The notes under the pieces were generated by a model. It did no database searches. It was not told the DNA's origin and saw only the letters and a list, made by a program, of their open reading frames with translations. A DNA stretch of 64,000 bases from a virus, in the IMG/VR virus record IMGVR_UViG_3300035698_007246, positions 1 to 64,000 of that record. One strand, given 5' to 3'. Positions 19,651-29,493 of the stretch are shown piece after piece. Position 1 is the first letter of the stretch. Each line of letters opens with the position of its first letter. Made by a program: the position numbers and the translations under genes.

Positions 19651-19714
19651 TGGGTAACGAATATGTGTTTAAAGATATTCAAGATGGTGTTTTTGTGGTC
19701 AAGTTTAAAAAGGA

Positions 19715-20197
19715 GTGATGATGGGTGATGGTGACGAAAGAATAGAAGAAGCCTTTGGTTTGAGAGAGTTTTTTAATGAAGTCGCAAAATTAACTAAAAT
19801 ACAACTTGACAGCGGTGATGACCATAATATAATTTACTTTCATATGATGTCTGAGGCAGGTGAAGTTGCCGAGGCTCTTGCTAAGGAAAATGGTAGTTTG
19901 ACTAAGGCTCATAAGGATTTAAGTGAAACTGCTAAAGAAGAGGCTGTTGATGTGATTCAATGTGCTCTTTCTTTATATGTTTCTCTTGGTGGAGATATAA
20001 CACATCTCACCGAGTATGGTAAAAAGAAAAATGCTAAGTGGGAAAAGGCTCAAAAGAAATGTAGAAACATGGAAATGGTCAGTCTTCCGAAACAAGGTAA
20101 AAGTATTGAAGTAACCGAGGAATGGGAAGGCATTGACCCGGAGGAACAATTGCGTCCGATGGATAGTGCTGACCTTAAAGATTATATTATTGAATAG
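19715..20197 (+). CDS. MazG-like nucleotide pyrophosphohydrolase (putative)
   Basis: FHMMSEAGEVAEALAKE resembles the MazG EExxE/EL-EA helix motif. Confidence 0.35.
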   Translation: MMMGDGDERIEEAFGLREFFNEVAKLTKIQLDSGDDHNIIYFHMMSEAGEVAEALAKENGSLTKAHKDLSETAKEEAVDVIQCALSLYVSLGGDITHLTEYGKKKNAKWEKAQKKCRNMEMVSLPKQGKSIEVTEEWEGIDPEEQLRPMDSADLKDYIIE

Positions 20198-20206
20198 GAG
20201 TTTGAT

Positions 20207-20515
20207 ATGTATAGAGGAAACTTAAATATATCATTATTTGTTAATGGTATGGAATTGGATTCTAATAAAAATGTTGAATTGAAAAAAGCTATTTTTGAAA
20301 CTGCTAAAGAAGGTGATGTTATTTCATGGTTTCCTTTTAATCATTTTGGTGATGAAAATTCAGATTTTAAATCTGAATTAGAAGATTATCATGTTAAACC
20401 ACTAAAAATTAAAAAAATAGACCGCAATTATATTGATAGTTGGAATGGTGGTGTTAAAGTTGTGATAAACATTCATTTGGAAATAATTAGAAAGAAAAAA
20501 TGTTCAGTTTGTTAA
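20207..20515 (+). CDS. hypothetical protein
   Basis: ORF with GGAG RBS. Confidence 0.4.
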   Translation: MYRGNLNISLFVNGMELDSNKNVELKKAIFETAKEGDVISWFPFNHFGDENSDFKSELEDYHVKPLKIKKIDRNYIDSWNGGVKVVINIHLEIIRKKKCSVC

Positions 20516-20536
20516 ATTAAAATTTAGGAGTTTATA

Positions 20537-20881
20537 ATGACTTATGTGAGTAAGATGAAAAAATTTAAAGAAAGTCCATTGTTTAATAATTGTTATGACA
20601 AGTTTGTTCGGTTTTTAAAGATGTCTGGACAAACATTTAAATCGAAAGATTTAGAAGTTGTGTTGGGAATACGTGGCACAGAACTTAGACAGCTCGCACA
20701 ACATGCCCGTAGAAGCGGTGTGCTCATTTGTAGTGGTTCATACGGTTATAAGTATGCCAAATCTAAAAATGACGCTGAGAGTACCGTAAAACACCTTAAA
20801 GAGCGTATGAAAAGTCTTCAATCAACAATTAGAGTTATGACACTATCTGACCATTATCAAACTCTAACGAAAGGGAGATAA
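20537..20881 (+). CDS. hypothetical protein
   Basis: ORF after TAGGAG RBS. Confidence 0.45.
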   Translation: MTYVSKMKKFKESPLFNNCYDKFVRFLKMSGQTFKSKDLEVVLGIRGTELRQLAQHARRSGVLICSGSYGYKYAKSKNDAESTVKHLKERMKSLQSTIRVMTLSDHYQTLTKGR

Positions 20882-21309
20882 TGTACACACTTGATGTTAT
20901 TGATAATCGTGATGAAAAAACAATCCAGGGGCAAATTACAAAGTTCAAGGAGGAGCTACTTCAAGAAATTGAATTTTGTCATGATGATAGCAAACTTGAA
21001 ACTAATTTAATTGATTGGATTGTTGCTAATCGTGTTAACCAATCTATTTTGATTGGTGAGCATAAACGTGAAATGGGTTTTGAATCTAATTTAAAAGCGG
21101 ATGATATTTATGATGTCCCGGAATCTGTTATTACTGAATTAGTTTCTCATAGTGAGAAACACAAACATGTTGTTTTTAAATTAACTTATAAACCTCTTGA
21201 TCCTTATGAAGCATGGGTTCGTTATTATAAGAACGGAAAAATGCAACAGTGTGGTGTGGAGATGGTTGTCCCTGATTTTGATGAAAAGAAATTAAAGGTG
21301 ATAGAGTAA
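20881..21309 (+). CDS. hypothetical protein
   Basis: ATGT overlap coupling. Confidence 0.45.
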   Translation: MYTLDVIDNRDEKTIQGQITKFKEELLQEIEFCHDDSKLETNLIDWIVANRVNQSILIGEHKREMGFESNLKADDIYDVPESVITELVSHSEKHKHVVFKLTYKPLDPYEAWVRYYKNGKMQQCGVEMVVPDFDEKKLKVIE

Positions 21310-21322
21310 GATTTAATAGAAG

Positions 21323-21715
21323 ATGAGTTTATTGACTATGTTAAAAATAGGTCTTGATATACATGGTGTTATAGACATCAAACCTAAGATATATTCAAAA
21401 TTATCACGAAGATTGATAGAATTGGGACATCAGGTTCATGTGATTACAGGGCCTCATGTTACAATTGAATTGGTTAAAGAGTTATTTGGATATGGGATTT
21501 CCTATACCCATGTATTTTCTATCTCAGATTACCATAAAATGTGTGATACACCAATGAGATATGATGAAAAAGGCAATCCTTGGATTGATAAAACACTTTG
21601 GAACAAAACCAAAGCCGAATATTGCCATCGGGAAAAAATTGACCTACACATTGATGATAGTGCATACTATGGTCAATACTTCAAATCTACAATTTATTTA
21701 GAAATTAAAAAATAA
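21323..21715 (+). CDS. hypothetical protein (possible HAD-like phosphatase, weak)
   Basis: GLDIHGVIDIKP...IDDSAYY loosely resembles HAD motif I/IV. Not convincing. Confidence 0.3.
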   Translation: MSLLTMLKIGLDIHGVIDIKPKIYSKLSRRLIELGHQVHVITGPHVTIELVKELFGYGISYTHVFSISDYHKMCDTPMRYDEKGNPWIDKTLWNKTKAEYCHREKIDLHIDDSAYYGQYFKSTIYLEIKK

Positions 21716-21718
21716 CTC

Positions 21719-21747
21719 TTGACATCGTTTTCCCCATTAATTATATT
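21719..21747 (+). promoter_or_regulatory. sigma70-like promoter (TTGACA-N17-TATATT)
   Basis: CTCTTGACATCGTTTTCCCCATTAATTATATT. Confidence 0.55.
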
Positions 21748-21790
21748 ATTATAAAATTGAAAGGGTGAAATTTAATTCTGGAGGTTATGT

Positions 21791-22090
21791 GTGAATTTAC
21801 CATTACAACAAAAATTTATAAAAAAAGTTATTGATGAATCTGATTCTTTTATTAAAAGATTACATGTTTATTTTAATAATGGGTATATGATGAGTATAAT
21901 ATATGGGGTAGGAGCATATTCTGATAAGGACAATAACAAATATGAAATTGCGTGTTATGTTAACAACTATATGACTTCTAAATTTTGGTCTGATAAAAGT
22001 GAAGATGTTCTTGAATTTGTAAGTGAAGGTGATGTGATGGGATATATTATGGCTATTGGAAATTCTGAACCTCTACCTGTGGAGATGTAA
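21791..22090 (+). CDS. hypothetical protein
   Basis: GTG start after TGGAGG RBS. Confidence 0.4.
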   Translation: MNLPLQQKFIKKVIDESDSFIKRLHVYFNNGYMMSIIYGVGAYSDKDNNKYEIACYVNNYMTSKFWSDKSEDVLEFVSEGDVMGYIMAIGNSEPLPVEM

Positions 22091-22537
22091 ATGAAAATAA
22101 TAAAAGGTGATTTAATTAAAATGACATTAGATGGTAAATTTGATGTCATCATACATGGCTGCAACTGTTTTGTTGTGATGGGTGGCGGGATAGCCAAGCA
22201 AATTAAAGAAGCATTCCCCGAAGCGTATGCAGCAGACTGTGAAACGGTTAAAGGTGATAAAACGAAATTGGGTATGAATACTTATGCTAAAGTTGGTGAT
22301 GTTATAATTGTTAATGGTTATACTCAATTTACATATCAAAGAAAAGTTAGTGTTGATTATGACGCTATTCGTAGTGTATTCGAGCAGATATATTTTCATT
22401 TTAAAGGAACCACTGCCAGGATTGGGTATCCTCTCATTGGTTGTGGACTTGCTGGTGGTGATTGGGATATTGTTTCTAAAATTATTGATGAGGAATTAAA
22501 AGAACTCGACCATACATTAGTTGAGTGGGATGGTTAA
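22091..22537 (+). CDS. macro domain protein (TARG1/DarG-macro-like ADP-ribose hydrolase)
   Basis: IIHGCNCFVVMGGGIAKQIKEAFPEAY matches the macrodomain Gly-rich ADP-ribose-binding loop. The H-C-x-x-C context resembles the TARG1/OARD1 subfamily. Confidence 0.55.
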   Translation: MKIIKGDLIKMTLDGKFDVIIHGCNCFVVMGGGIAKQIKEAFPEAYAADCETVKGDKTKLGMNTYAKVGDVIIVNGYTQFTYQRKVSVDYDAIRSVFEQIYFHFKGTTARIGYPLIGCGLAGGDWDIVSKIIDEELKELDHTLVEWDG

Positions 22538-22734
22538 ATATGGATATAGTATTTTCTATTCTTTGGTTTGTGTGACTTTTGTTTTCTATAGTTTTGGTGT
22601 TTGAATTTGTTGGATTTTCTGGACTTGTACGTATGTTTCCTGAAGGAAAACGTGTGTGGCATTTTCCAGTTCAATTATTATCATTAGCACATTTTGCATT
22701 GGTAATTTTACTTCATCCATAGGGAGGAAAATAA

Positions 22735-22917
22735 ATGAAAATATTGAAATTCATATTAATGGTTCTTGAAATTTGGGTAGTGTGTACAATATTTATGTGT
22801 TTCAAGTATATTCCAGATTGGGATTTAGCTCAATTTTGTGGTGGGGCGGGGTATGGTGCATATGGAGTAATAAGAATTATCATGTGGAGTAAATATTATA
22901 CGGAGAACAGTAAATGA
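22735..22917 (+). CDS. small membrane protein
   Basis: 60-aa hydrophobic ORF after GGGAGGAAAA RBS. Confidence 0.35.
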   Translation: MKILKFILMVLEIWVVCTIFMCFKYIPDWDLAQFCGGAGYGAYGVIRIIMWSKYYTENSK

Positions 22918-23756
22918 TTTTATTGACTGGGGATACACATAGAAGTGAAGACATACATAAATTGGGAACAAGTTGTTTTCCAGTGGACTGTGATAGACTT
23001 ACAAAAGAAGATTATCTTATTGTGTTGGGTGACTTTGGATTAGTCTGGAGTAGACCGGAATCTAAGTTTTACAAAGAAGAATTATATTGGCAGGGATGGT
23101 TAGCCGATAAGCCGTGGACAACATTGTTTGTTGATGGTAACCATGAGAATCATCCGATGTTGTATGAACTACCTGAAGTGGAAAAGTTTGGTAGCAAGGT
23201 TGGAAAAGTTAATGATTCCATATACCATCTTAAGAGAGGTGAAGTCTATGAAATTGAAGGGCAAACGTTCTTCACAATGGGTGGAGCATTCTCTATTGAT
23301 AGGAATACGAAAGTAAAAGGAGTTAGCTGGTGGGAAGAGGAGATTCCTTCTACTGCTGAGTTCGAATATGGATTGAAAAATCTTGAAGCTCATGGTTGGA
23401 AAGTTGATTACATTTTGGGACATACTTGCCCATATAACATTGGGAGATTATATCTGAAATGTATAACTGACGCAGGTAATAATATACTTCAAAAAATAAA
23501 TATGGATGATGTTGGTGTGTCATTGACAGGTGAACAACTTGCATATTTATCATTTGATGAAGAATATTTTTCTGGAAAATTGGATGGTATTTCAAAATAT
23601 TTTGATACTGTTGTCGAATATACACAGTTTAAAAAGTTTTATTTCGGACATTTTCATGATTCATGGTGTACCAAAGGAGAACGATATATTATGTTGTATG
23701 AAGATATCGTTTTCTTGGATGAAATAAAACCAGAATGGAAATCGGTTTGGGAATAA
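22914..23756 (+). CDS. calcineurin-like metallophosphoesterase
   Basis: GDTHRS (GDxH), LGDFG (GDxxD), DGNHENH (GNHE) motifs in canonical order. Confidence 0.55.
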   Translation: MILLTGDTHRSEDIHKLGTSCFPVDCDRLTKEDYLIVLGDFGLVWSRPESKFYKEELYWQGWLADKPWTTLFVDGNHENHPMLYELPEVEKFGSKVGKVNDSIYHLKRGEVYEIEGQTFFTMGGAFSIDRNTKVKGVSWWEEEIPSTAEFEYGLKNLEAHGWKVDYILGHTCPYNIGRLYLKCITDAGNNILQKINMDDVGVSLTGEQLAYLSFDEEYFSGKLDGISKYFDTVVEYTQFKKFYFGHFHDSWCTKGERYIMLYEDIVFLDEIKPEWKSVWE

Positions 23757-23792
23757 ATAGTAATTTAATTTTTAATTGAAAGGAGATTTGCT

Positions 23793-24617
23793 ATGCAAAA
23801 AAAGGCAATCTTATTAGTAATCGACCCACAGAATGATTTTTGTGACAAGGATAAAGGTTCACTCTATGTAAATGGTGCAGACAAAGATATGGAACGTCTC
23901 GCCACAATGGTAAAAACACATGGTAATGAATTAAAACGTATTGATGTCACTCTCGACTCTCACCATACTGTGCATATTGCACATCCTATTTGGTGGGTGA
24001 ATTCTAAAAATGAACCACCTCCTCCATTTACAGTTATTAGTGTTGAAGATGTGGAAAAGGGTACATGGAGAGCATTGAATCCGGGATTCCAACAATGGAG
24101 TTTGGATTATGTAAAATCTCTTCGTGACAACAAACGTTATGTTCTTTGTATCTGGCCCTATCATTGTAGAATCGGTACTCCTGGTGCAAATGTGTATCCT
24201 GAATTTGAAGCTGCATTGAATGAGTGGGAAATGAAATTTAGAATGGTAAACTATGTTCCAAAAGGAAGTTCAATCTTTACAGAACACTATTCTGCACTTC
24301 GTGCCGATGTTGAGTTTACGGGCTTTCAAGGAATTCCTTCCGACCCAACAACTCAATTGAATACTCCATTTGTTGCGACATTCAAAACAGGTCTTGATAT
24401 TCTTATTGGTGGTGAAGCGATTGATTTTTGCGTTGCTAATACAGCAAGAGATATTGCTAATGAATTTTCAGTTGACCAAATCAAACAAATGGTACTTCTT
24501 GAAGACGCTTCAAGTGCAGTAAATGCACCTGGACTCGAACATCTAAAAGACGATTTCGTTAATGAGATGGTCGGTAAAGGTATGAGAATTTCAAAAACAA
24601 CTGAATATTTTAAATAG
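23793..24617 (+). CDS. pncA: nicotinamidase / isochorismatase-family cysteine hydrolase (PncA-like)
   Basis: LLVIDPQNDFC (catalytic Asp region, DFC as in PncA). GEAIDFCVANTARDIA (nucleophile Cys region). Confidence 0.6.
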   Translation: MQKKAILLVIDPQNDFCDKDKGSLYVNGADKDMERLATMVKTHGNELKRIDVTLDSHHTVHIAHPIWWVNSKNEPPPPFTVISVEDVEKGTWRALNPGFQQWSLDYVKSLRDNKRYVLCIWPYHCRIGTPGANVYPEFEAALNEWEMKFRMVNYVPKGSSIFTEHYSALRADVEFTGFQGIPSDPTTQLNTPFVATFKTGLDILIGGEAIDFCVANTARDIANEFSVDQIKQMVLLEDASSAVNAPGLEHLKDDFVNEMVGKGMRISKTTEYFK

Positions 24618-24621
24618 ACAG

Positions 24622-24662
24622 ATGATTTTAGCAGAGGTGTAATCACAATCCCTCTGCTTGTT
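24622..24662 (+). terminator. rho-independent terminator
   Basis: GCAGAGG...CCTCTGC stem followed by TTGTT. Confidence 0.5.
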
Positions 24663-24698
24663 AATAAAAGTTATAAACAATAATTGAAGGAGAATATA

Positions 24699-25439
24699 AT
24701 GGAAGATAATAATTTCGATATGTCAATGTTCACAACACCAAATAATTTCAAATACTCAGCTATTGAGACTGATAGTCTGAAAGCTGATGGTTATACAATC
24801 GTTAATATCCTTGTTGACACCACAGGAAGTGTGTGGGGAATGGAAAAAGATATTGAAGGATGTATTAAAAAAATAGTTGACTCTTGTAGAAAACATCCAA
24901 GAGCTGAACAATTACTTATCAGGGTTGCATACTTTGATGGTGATAATGGTATTCGTGAAGCTCATGGTTTTACATTAATTTCATCTACACCAGTTGATTA
25001 TAAGATTATTATTGGTGGGATGACACCTTTAATTGATGCTACACTTGATTGTGTAGAAACAATTGAAGGACATTCAAAAACACTTGAAGCTCAAGAGTTC
25101 TCTTCAAATGGTGTATACTTTGTAATTACAGATGGTGGGGAAAATGATTCCAGAATAAAAGACCCTACAAAAATCTTAGACACATTGAAAAGAATCCGCA
25201 AGGAAGAAATTTGTGCAACTATCAAAGGATTTTTGATTGGGCTTAATGATTCTGGTGGTACTGATGTTGAATTACAAGATTTCAAAGAAAAAGCTGGATT
25301 TGAAGAGTACATTTCAATTAATAATGTGACTCCAGGTGCATTAGCAAAGCTCGCACAATGGGTAAGTCAGTCAATCAGTTCGACTTCACAAGCTCTTAAT
25401 TCTGGAGGACCAAGTCAATCAATCGATTTTAATTTGTAA
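24699..25439 (+). CDS. vWA-like domain protein (TerY-like, tentative)
   Basis: VDTTGSV possible MIDAS DxSxS-like motif. Alpha/beta pattern. Sits immediately upstream of the PP2C-like and kinase-like genes. Confidence 0.35.
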   Translation: MEDNNFDMSMFTTPNNFKYSAIETDSLKADGYTIVNILVDTTGSVWGMEKDIEGCIKKIVDSCRKHPRAEQLLIRVAYFDGDNGIREAHGFTLISSTPVDYKIIIGGMTPLIDATLDCVETIEGHSKTLEAQEFSSNGVYFVITDGGENDSRIKDPTKILDTLKRIRKEEICATIKGFLIGLNDSGGTDVELQDFKEKAGFEEYISINNVTPGALAKLAQWVSQSISSTSQALNSGGPSQSIDFNL

Positions 25440-25474
25440 TATTCAGTTTAGATTAATTTTTCAAAGGAGAAAGA

Positions 25475-26359
25475 ATGATAATTAATACTGATTCAATATA
25501 TATTAAAGGGCATAACCATAAGGTATGTGAAGATTATAGTATTGATGGTTCAGTACCAACACTCAATGATAGTTTAGGTGATGTTCATTATGCAATTGTG
25601 TGTGATGGATGTTCGGGTTCTGATGGGTATGTTGATGTTGGTGCACGACTTATTGCACATGGGTTAATTAAATTTCTCAGAAATATGGGAAATTCTGTTC
25701 ATTATTATTACAGAGAACCCACTGGGTTTTATGAAAATTTACAATTTCACATGCAACGAGTAATATATAATTCAGCAGAGAATTTTGGGTTATCAAAACT
25801 TTCATTCGTTGCTACAATACAGGCAATAATTGTTATTAAAGATAAATTATTTCATTTCCATTATGGTGATGGTTCAATAATACATTATTGTGATGGTGAT
25901 ATACATAGGCCATATTATACAGACTTCCCTTCAGGTGCACCATACTATTTTGTAGATAGTTTTGAAGGTCGTGATATGGAAAGATATTGTAAACGATTTG
26001 AAATGAATAAAGTAATTCAGGATGGTGTGGAATTTGATGTTCATGATTATGTTTACGAATGGTCAAATTTCTGGAATGTGATTGATTTGAATACAATGGC
26101 TGATGGAAACAATGTGTTTGCTGTTACCAGTGATGGTATAGAAACGTGTTATTACAATGATGATAACGATAATGGTAAACAAGTTGCTGTTGATTTTGAT
26201 GATACTCTTAATGCAGCATTCTGCTTTAAAAACTTCCAAGGTGAATTTGTTAAACGTAGATTCAATAAGTTTTTCAAGGTAATGGAAGATTCAAAAATTA
26301 AACATTATGATGACATCTCAGTTGCTGCAATCAGTATAAAAAAGGAAGGTGATTTATGA
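25475..26359 (+). CDS. PP2C-family Ser/Thr phosphatase-like protein
   Basis: AIVCDGCSGSDGYVDVGARL (PPM motif 1/2-like DG.GG). HYGDGSIIHY and VTSDGIE (later metal-binding Asp motifs). Confidence 0.45.
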   Translation: MIINTDSIYIKGHNHKVCEDYSIDGSVPTLNDSLGDVHYAIVCDGCSGSDGYVDVGARLIAHGLIKFLRNMGNSVHYYYREPTGFYENLQFHMQRVIYNSAENFGLSKLSFVATIQAIIVIKDKLFHFHYGDGSIIHYCDGDIHRPYYTDFPSGAPYYFVDSFEGRDMERYCKRFEMNKVIQDGVEFDVHDYVYEWSNFWNVIDLNTMADGNNVFAVTSDGIETCYYNDDNDNGKQVAVDFDDTLNAAFCFKNFQGEFVKRRFNKFFKVMEDSKIKHYDDISVAAISIKKEGDL

Positions 26360-26385
26360 TTTTAATAATATTGAATTAACTATTG

Positions 26386-26414
26386 ACATTTATTTGGTCA
26401 TAATTTATATTGGT
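26386..26414 (+). promoter_or_regulatory. sigma70-like promoter (TTGACA-N17-TATATT)
   Basis: ACTATTGACATTTATTTGGTCATAATTTATATT. Confidence 0.5.
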
Positions 26415-26436
26415 TTGAAAATGAAAGGATATAAAA

Positions 26437-28134
26437 ATGAAACCGTTTGATGTTATTCTTGATGGTCGAAATATTAGATTAGATTCTAAGTGTTATTTAA
26501 GTCAAGGTGGACAGGGTGTGATATATTTAAAGAATAATTGTATTTTTAAAATATATCATGACCCAAAGTTATTAATTCCAGAGATGAAAATTGATGAGCT
26601 TCAGGTGTTAAGTGATATGAATAATATAATTATTCCGACAAAATCACTTTACAAAGGACATACCCGAGTTGGATTTGTAATGGAATATGTTCATGATACT
26701 GAGTTTTTGTGTAAAATATTTTCTGGTAATTTTAAAACTAATAATAATATCACACCTCAAATGGTTGTTGATATAATAAAATTTCAACAGGATACTGTTC
26801 AGGGTGTTCATGACCGTGGTGTTATCTTCGGTGATTATAACGAAATGAATCAGCTATTGAGTGCTGATTTCAAAATACCTTATCATATTGATATGGATTC
26901 TGTACAAACCAAGAGTTTTAAATGTAATGCAATTATGGAAAGTGTGCGGGATCGTCAGTTACCGTTTGGTGAATTCAATGAAGGTTCTGATTGGTTCAGT
27001 TGGGCCGTGGTGACATTTCAAATGTATTGTGGAATAAATCCGTACAAAGGCACTCATCCAAAATTCAAAAAATCTGAATGGTCAAAACGGATGGATGCAA
27101 ACATCTCTGTGTTTGATAAAGATGTGAATGTTCCTAAGTTTGTTGATTTCAGTGTGATACCAACCAATCATTTGGAATGGTACAAACAGGTATTTATCAA
27201 TGGTGACCGTTCTATTCCCCCGGCACCAACTGGAGTTTCGAATATTAAAGTTATCAAGAAGATTTATGTTGACGATAAGTCAAGTGTTACTGCTAACCTT
27301 CTTTTCAAATATGATGGGAATATACTGGATGTGGTGTATCGTAATGGCACTTACTTTGTTCTTACATCAGATGGTGTGTATTATGATGATAGAAAAAGAA
27401 TAACTTTTGATAATGAAATTGACAATGGTCATCTCTTGTTCACACCGAATAACGATGTTGTGATTGCAACAAAGGTCGGTGATGAATTTAAAATCTTTGA
27501 TGGTCATAAAACTCAAATTTCAAAATTAACAAGTGGAAAATATTATATATTTAATAACTGTATCTATCTTATTGACAAGAGTGGACTTATTCAATACAGC
27601 TTCGAACGTATAGGAAAGATTAAATGTCTTCCAAGAGTTATCTCTAACGTGAGTTATAACTCAGCAAAAATATATGAAGGTGTTGTATTGCAAGACATCT
27701 TCGGAAAGTATTCAGCACTGATTCCATATGAAATTAATATGTGTAAACGTATTGATATCCTTGAGTTGAGTGGATGTAGAATACTTGACGCAAAGAGACT
27801 TGGGCGTTGGATGTTTGTTGTGTATGAAAAGGCAGGGAAATTCTGTTGTCTTAGTTTGTACTTTGATAAAGAATTTAAATCTTATAAAGCGAATGTTGAA
27901 GAGCATGTTGATTTCAAAAACATCAATGCGATGATAAAAGAAAATAACATGGTTGTCTTTAACAAGGATGATAATACTTTGGAACTGTGTTATGATATGA
28001 GTCAAAGTAAAGTCATGGAGAATACACCAGTGTATAATGACTTGGAACTTGTTTCTGGTAAGGCAACTTGTTTTATGAATGGAAAAGAACTGTATTCATT
28101 GGAGGCGAAAAAAAGTAATGGGAACCAGTATTAG
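26437..28134 (+). CDS. protein-kinase-like domain protein (N-terminal ~220 aa) with large C-terminal domain
   Basis: Gly-rich SQGGQGVIY, then K in KIY, hinge VMEYV. Catalytic-loop-like HDRGVIFGDYNEMNQLL and DMD (DFG-like). Confidence 0.4.
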   Translation: MKPFDVILDGRNIRLDSKCYLSQGGQGVIYLKNNCIFKIYHDPKLLIPEMKIDELQVLSDMNNIIIPTKSLYKGHTRVGFVMEYVHDTEFLCKIFSGNFKTNNNITPQMVVDIIKFQQDTVQGVHDRGVIFGDYNEMNQLLSADFKIPYHIDMDSVQTKSFKCNAIMESVRDRQLPFGEFNEGSDWFSWAVVTFQMYCGINPYKGTHPKFKKSEWSKRMDANISVFDKDVNVPKFVDFSVIPTNHLEWYKQVFINGDRSIPPAPTGVSNIKVIKKIYVDDKSSVTANLLFKYDGNILDVVYRNGTYFVLTSDGVYYDDRKRITFDNEIDNGHLLFTPNNDVVIATKVGDEFKIFDGHKTQISKLTSGKYYIFNNCIYLIDKSGLIQYSFERIGKIKCLPRVISNVSYNSAKIYEGVVLQDIFGKYSALIPYEINMCKRIDILELSGCRILDAKRLGRWMFVVYEKAGKFCCLSLYFDKEFKSYKANVEEHVDFKNINAMIKENNMVVFNKDDNTLELCYDMSQSKVMENTPVYNDLELVSGKATCFMNGKELYSLEAKKSNGNQY

Positions 28135-28192
28135 TGAATGTGTATGTGTGATAACACGAGAAGAGTTGTTGAAGAAACTAATAAAGGGAGTG

Positions 28193-28692
28193 ATGAAATG
28201 ATAAAAGTAATACTGATGATTGGATTACCCGGTAGTGGTAAATCAACAGTGGCTGAGAAAATGTTACTTAGTTCAAAGAAGACAGTGATAGTTAGTCGTG
28301 ACTCTATAAGAGAAATGGTTTGTGGTAAATATAAGAACTACAAATTTACTGACATCAAAGAAGATATGGTAAAGTCAATGGCAACTGCTTGTATTGAAGT
28401 CGCTATTGAACGTGGCTTGAGTGTGATAGTGGATGAAACAAACTTTACAAAGAAGTCCAGAACATACTGGATGAATATGATATCATGCATTTGCGAACGC
28501 AAGGGTGTCAATGTGAAGTACTGTGGTGTGTGGGTTGATACACCAAAGGGTGAGTGTATCAAAAGACGCAAAGCCGACCCTAAAGGAACCAATGATAATT
28601 GGGCTGCCATCATAGGGAATATGTTGAAGTATTGGGATGAACCTGAAGCTGATGAATTTGACAAATTGGAAATTATAACAGACGAGGTATAA
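28193..28692 (+). CDS. polynucleotide 5'-kinase (T4 Pnk kinase-domain-like), no phosphatase domain
   Basis: P-loop ILMIGLPGSGKST, then SRDSIRE and VDETNFTKKSRTYW. Collinear with T4 Pnk kinase domain (ILTIGCPGSGKST...NRDDYRQ...ISDTNLNPERR). Confidence 0.55.
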
Positions 28693-28695
28693 GAG

Positions 28696-29139
28696 ATGTC
28701 TGAACATTTAGAAAAAACTGTAGAAGACGCAATTGTGTTGGCGACACATGCTCTTACTGGACAAAAGGATAAGGTAGGGTTACCAGTAATCCTTCATTCT
28801 ATGAGAGTCATGCTTGCATGTAACACACCAAAACAAATGATGGTTGCTGCTTTACATGATGTGGTAGAAGATTCAACGATTAGTGTTGAAGACCTTCGTA
28901 AAGATGGATATCCAAAAGATGTTTGTGACGCTGTAGACGCAATGAGCAGACGTAATGATGAAACATGGGAAGTATTTATTGAACGTTGTTCTAAGAATTC
29001 ATTGGGAGCTACTGTGAAGCGAATTGACATCTCTGATAACAATAGTCCAATCAGACAGATTGGGTTACCATTGGAGAAACGTGAAAAACTCAGAGCTAAG
29101 TATCAGAAAGCAATCAAATTTTTGGATGGTGTTGAATGA
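28696..29139 (+). CDS. HD-domain phosphohydrolase
   Basis: H...(ILHSMRV)...ALHDVVED...D pattern of HD superfamily. Coupled to the Pnk-like gene. Confidence 0.45.
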   Translation: MSEHLEKTVEDAIVLATHALTGQKDKVGLPVILHSMRVMLACNTPKQMMVAALHDVVEDSTISVEDLRKDGYPKDVCDAVDAMSRRNDETWEVFIERCSKNSLGATVKRIDISDNNSPIRQIGLPLEKREKLRAKYQKAIKFLDGVE

Positions 29140-29486
29140 AAATATTAATACTTGATGATAGTGTATCAAGACAACGCCAATTCAAAAGAAAATATATTGG
29201 GCATGAAGTGACACAGGTTTATACTGCACTTGCATGTGTTCATGCATTACAAACAGATATGTATGACGCAATATTTCTTGACCATGACTTAGGTGGACAA
29301 CAAATGGTTTCATCAGGTCCTGGAACTGGATTTGAAGTTGCTGAGTACTTAAGTAAGAATACAAATCGAGCACCGGAGATTATATTTTTACATTCATTGA
29401 ATACTCCGGGTACTGAAAATATGAAAAAAATACTGGCTACGGCTGGTTTAAATGGAGTTAAAGAACCTTTTTTATGGAAAGAGTGA
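29136..29486 (+). CDS. stand-alone response-regulator receiver (CheY-like) domain protein
   Basis: MKILILDDS (acidic pocket). AIFLDHDLGG (phospho-acceptor Asp position). About 116 aa. Confidence 0.4.
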   Translation: MKILILDDSVSRQRQFKRKYIGHEVTQVYTALACVHALQTDMYDAIFLDHDLGGQQMVSSGPGTGFEVAEYLSKNTNRAPEIIFLHSLNTPGTENMKKILATAGLNGVKEPFLWKE

Positions 29487-29493
29487 GGGAAAT

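Noticed and set aside
21323-21715. HAD-like 5'-nucleotidase call
   Set aside because: The DxDx(T/V) motif I is not present as such (LDIHGV), so only a low-confidence note was kept.
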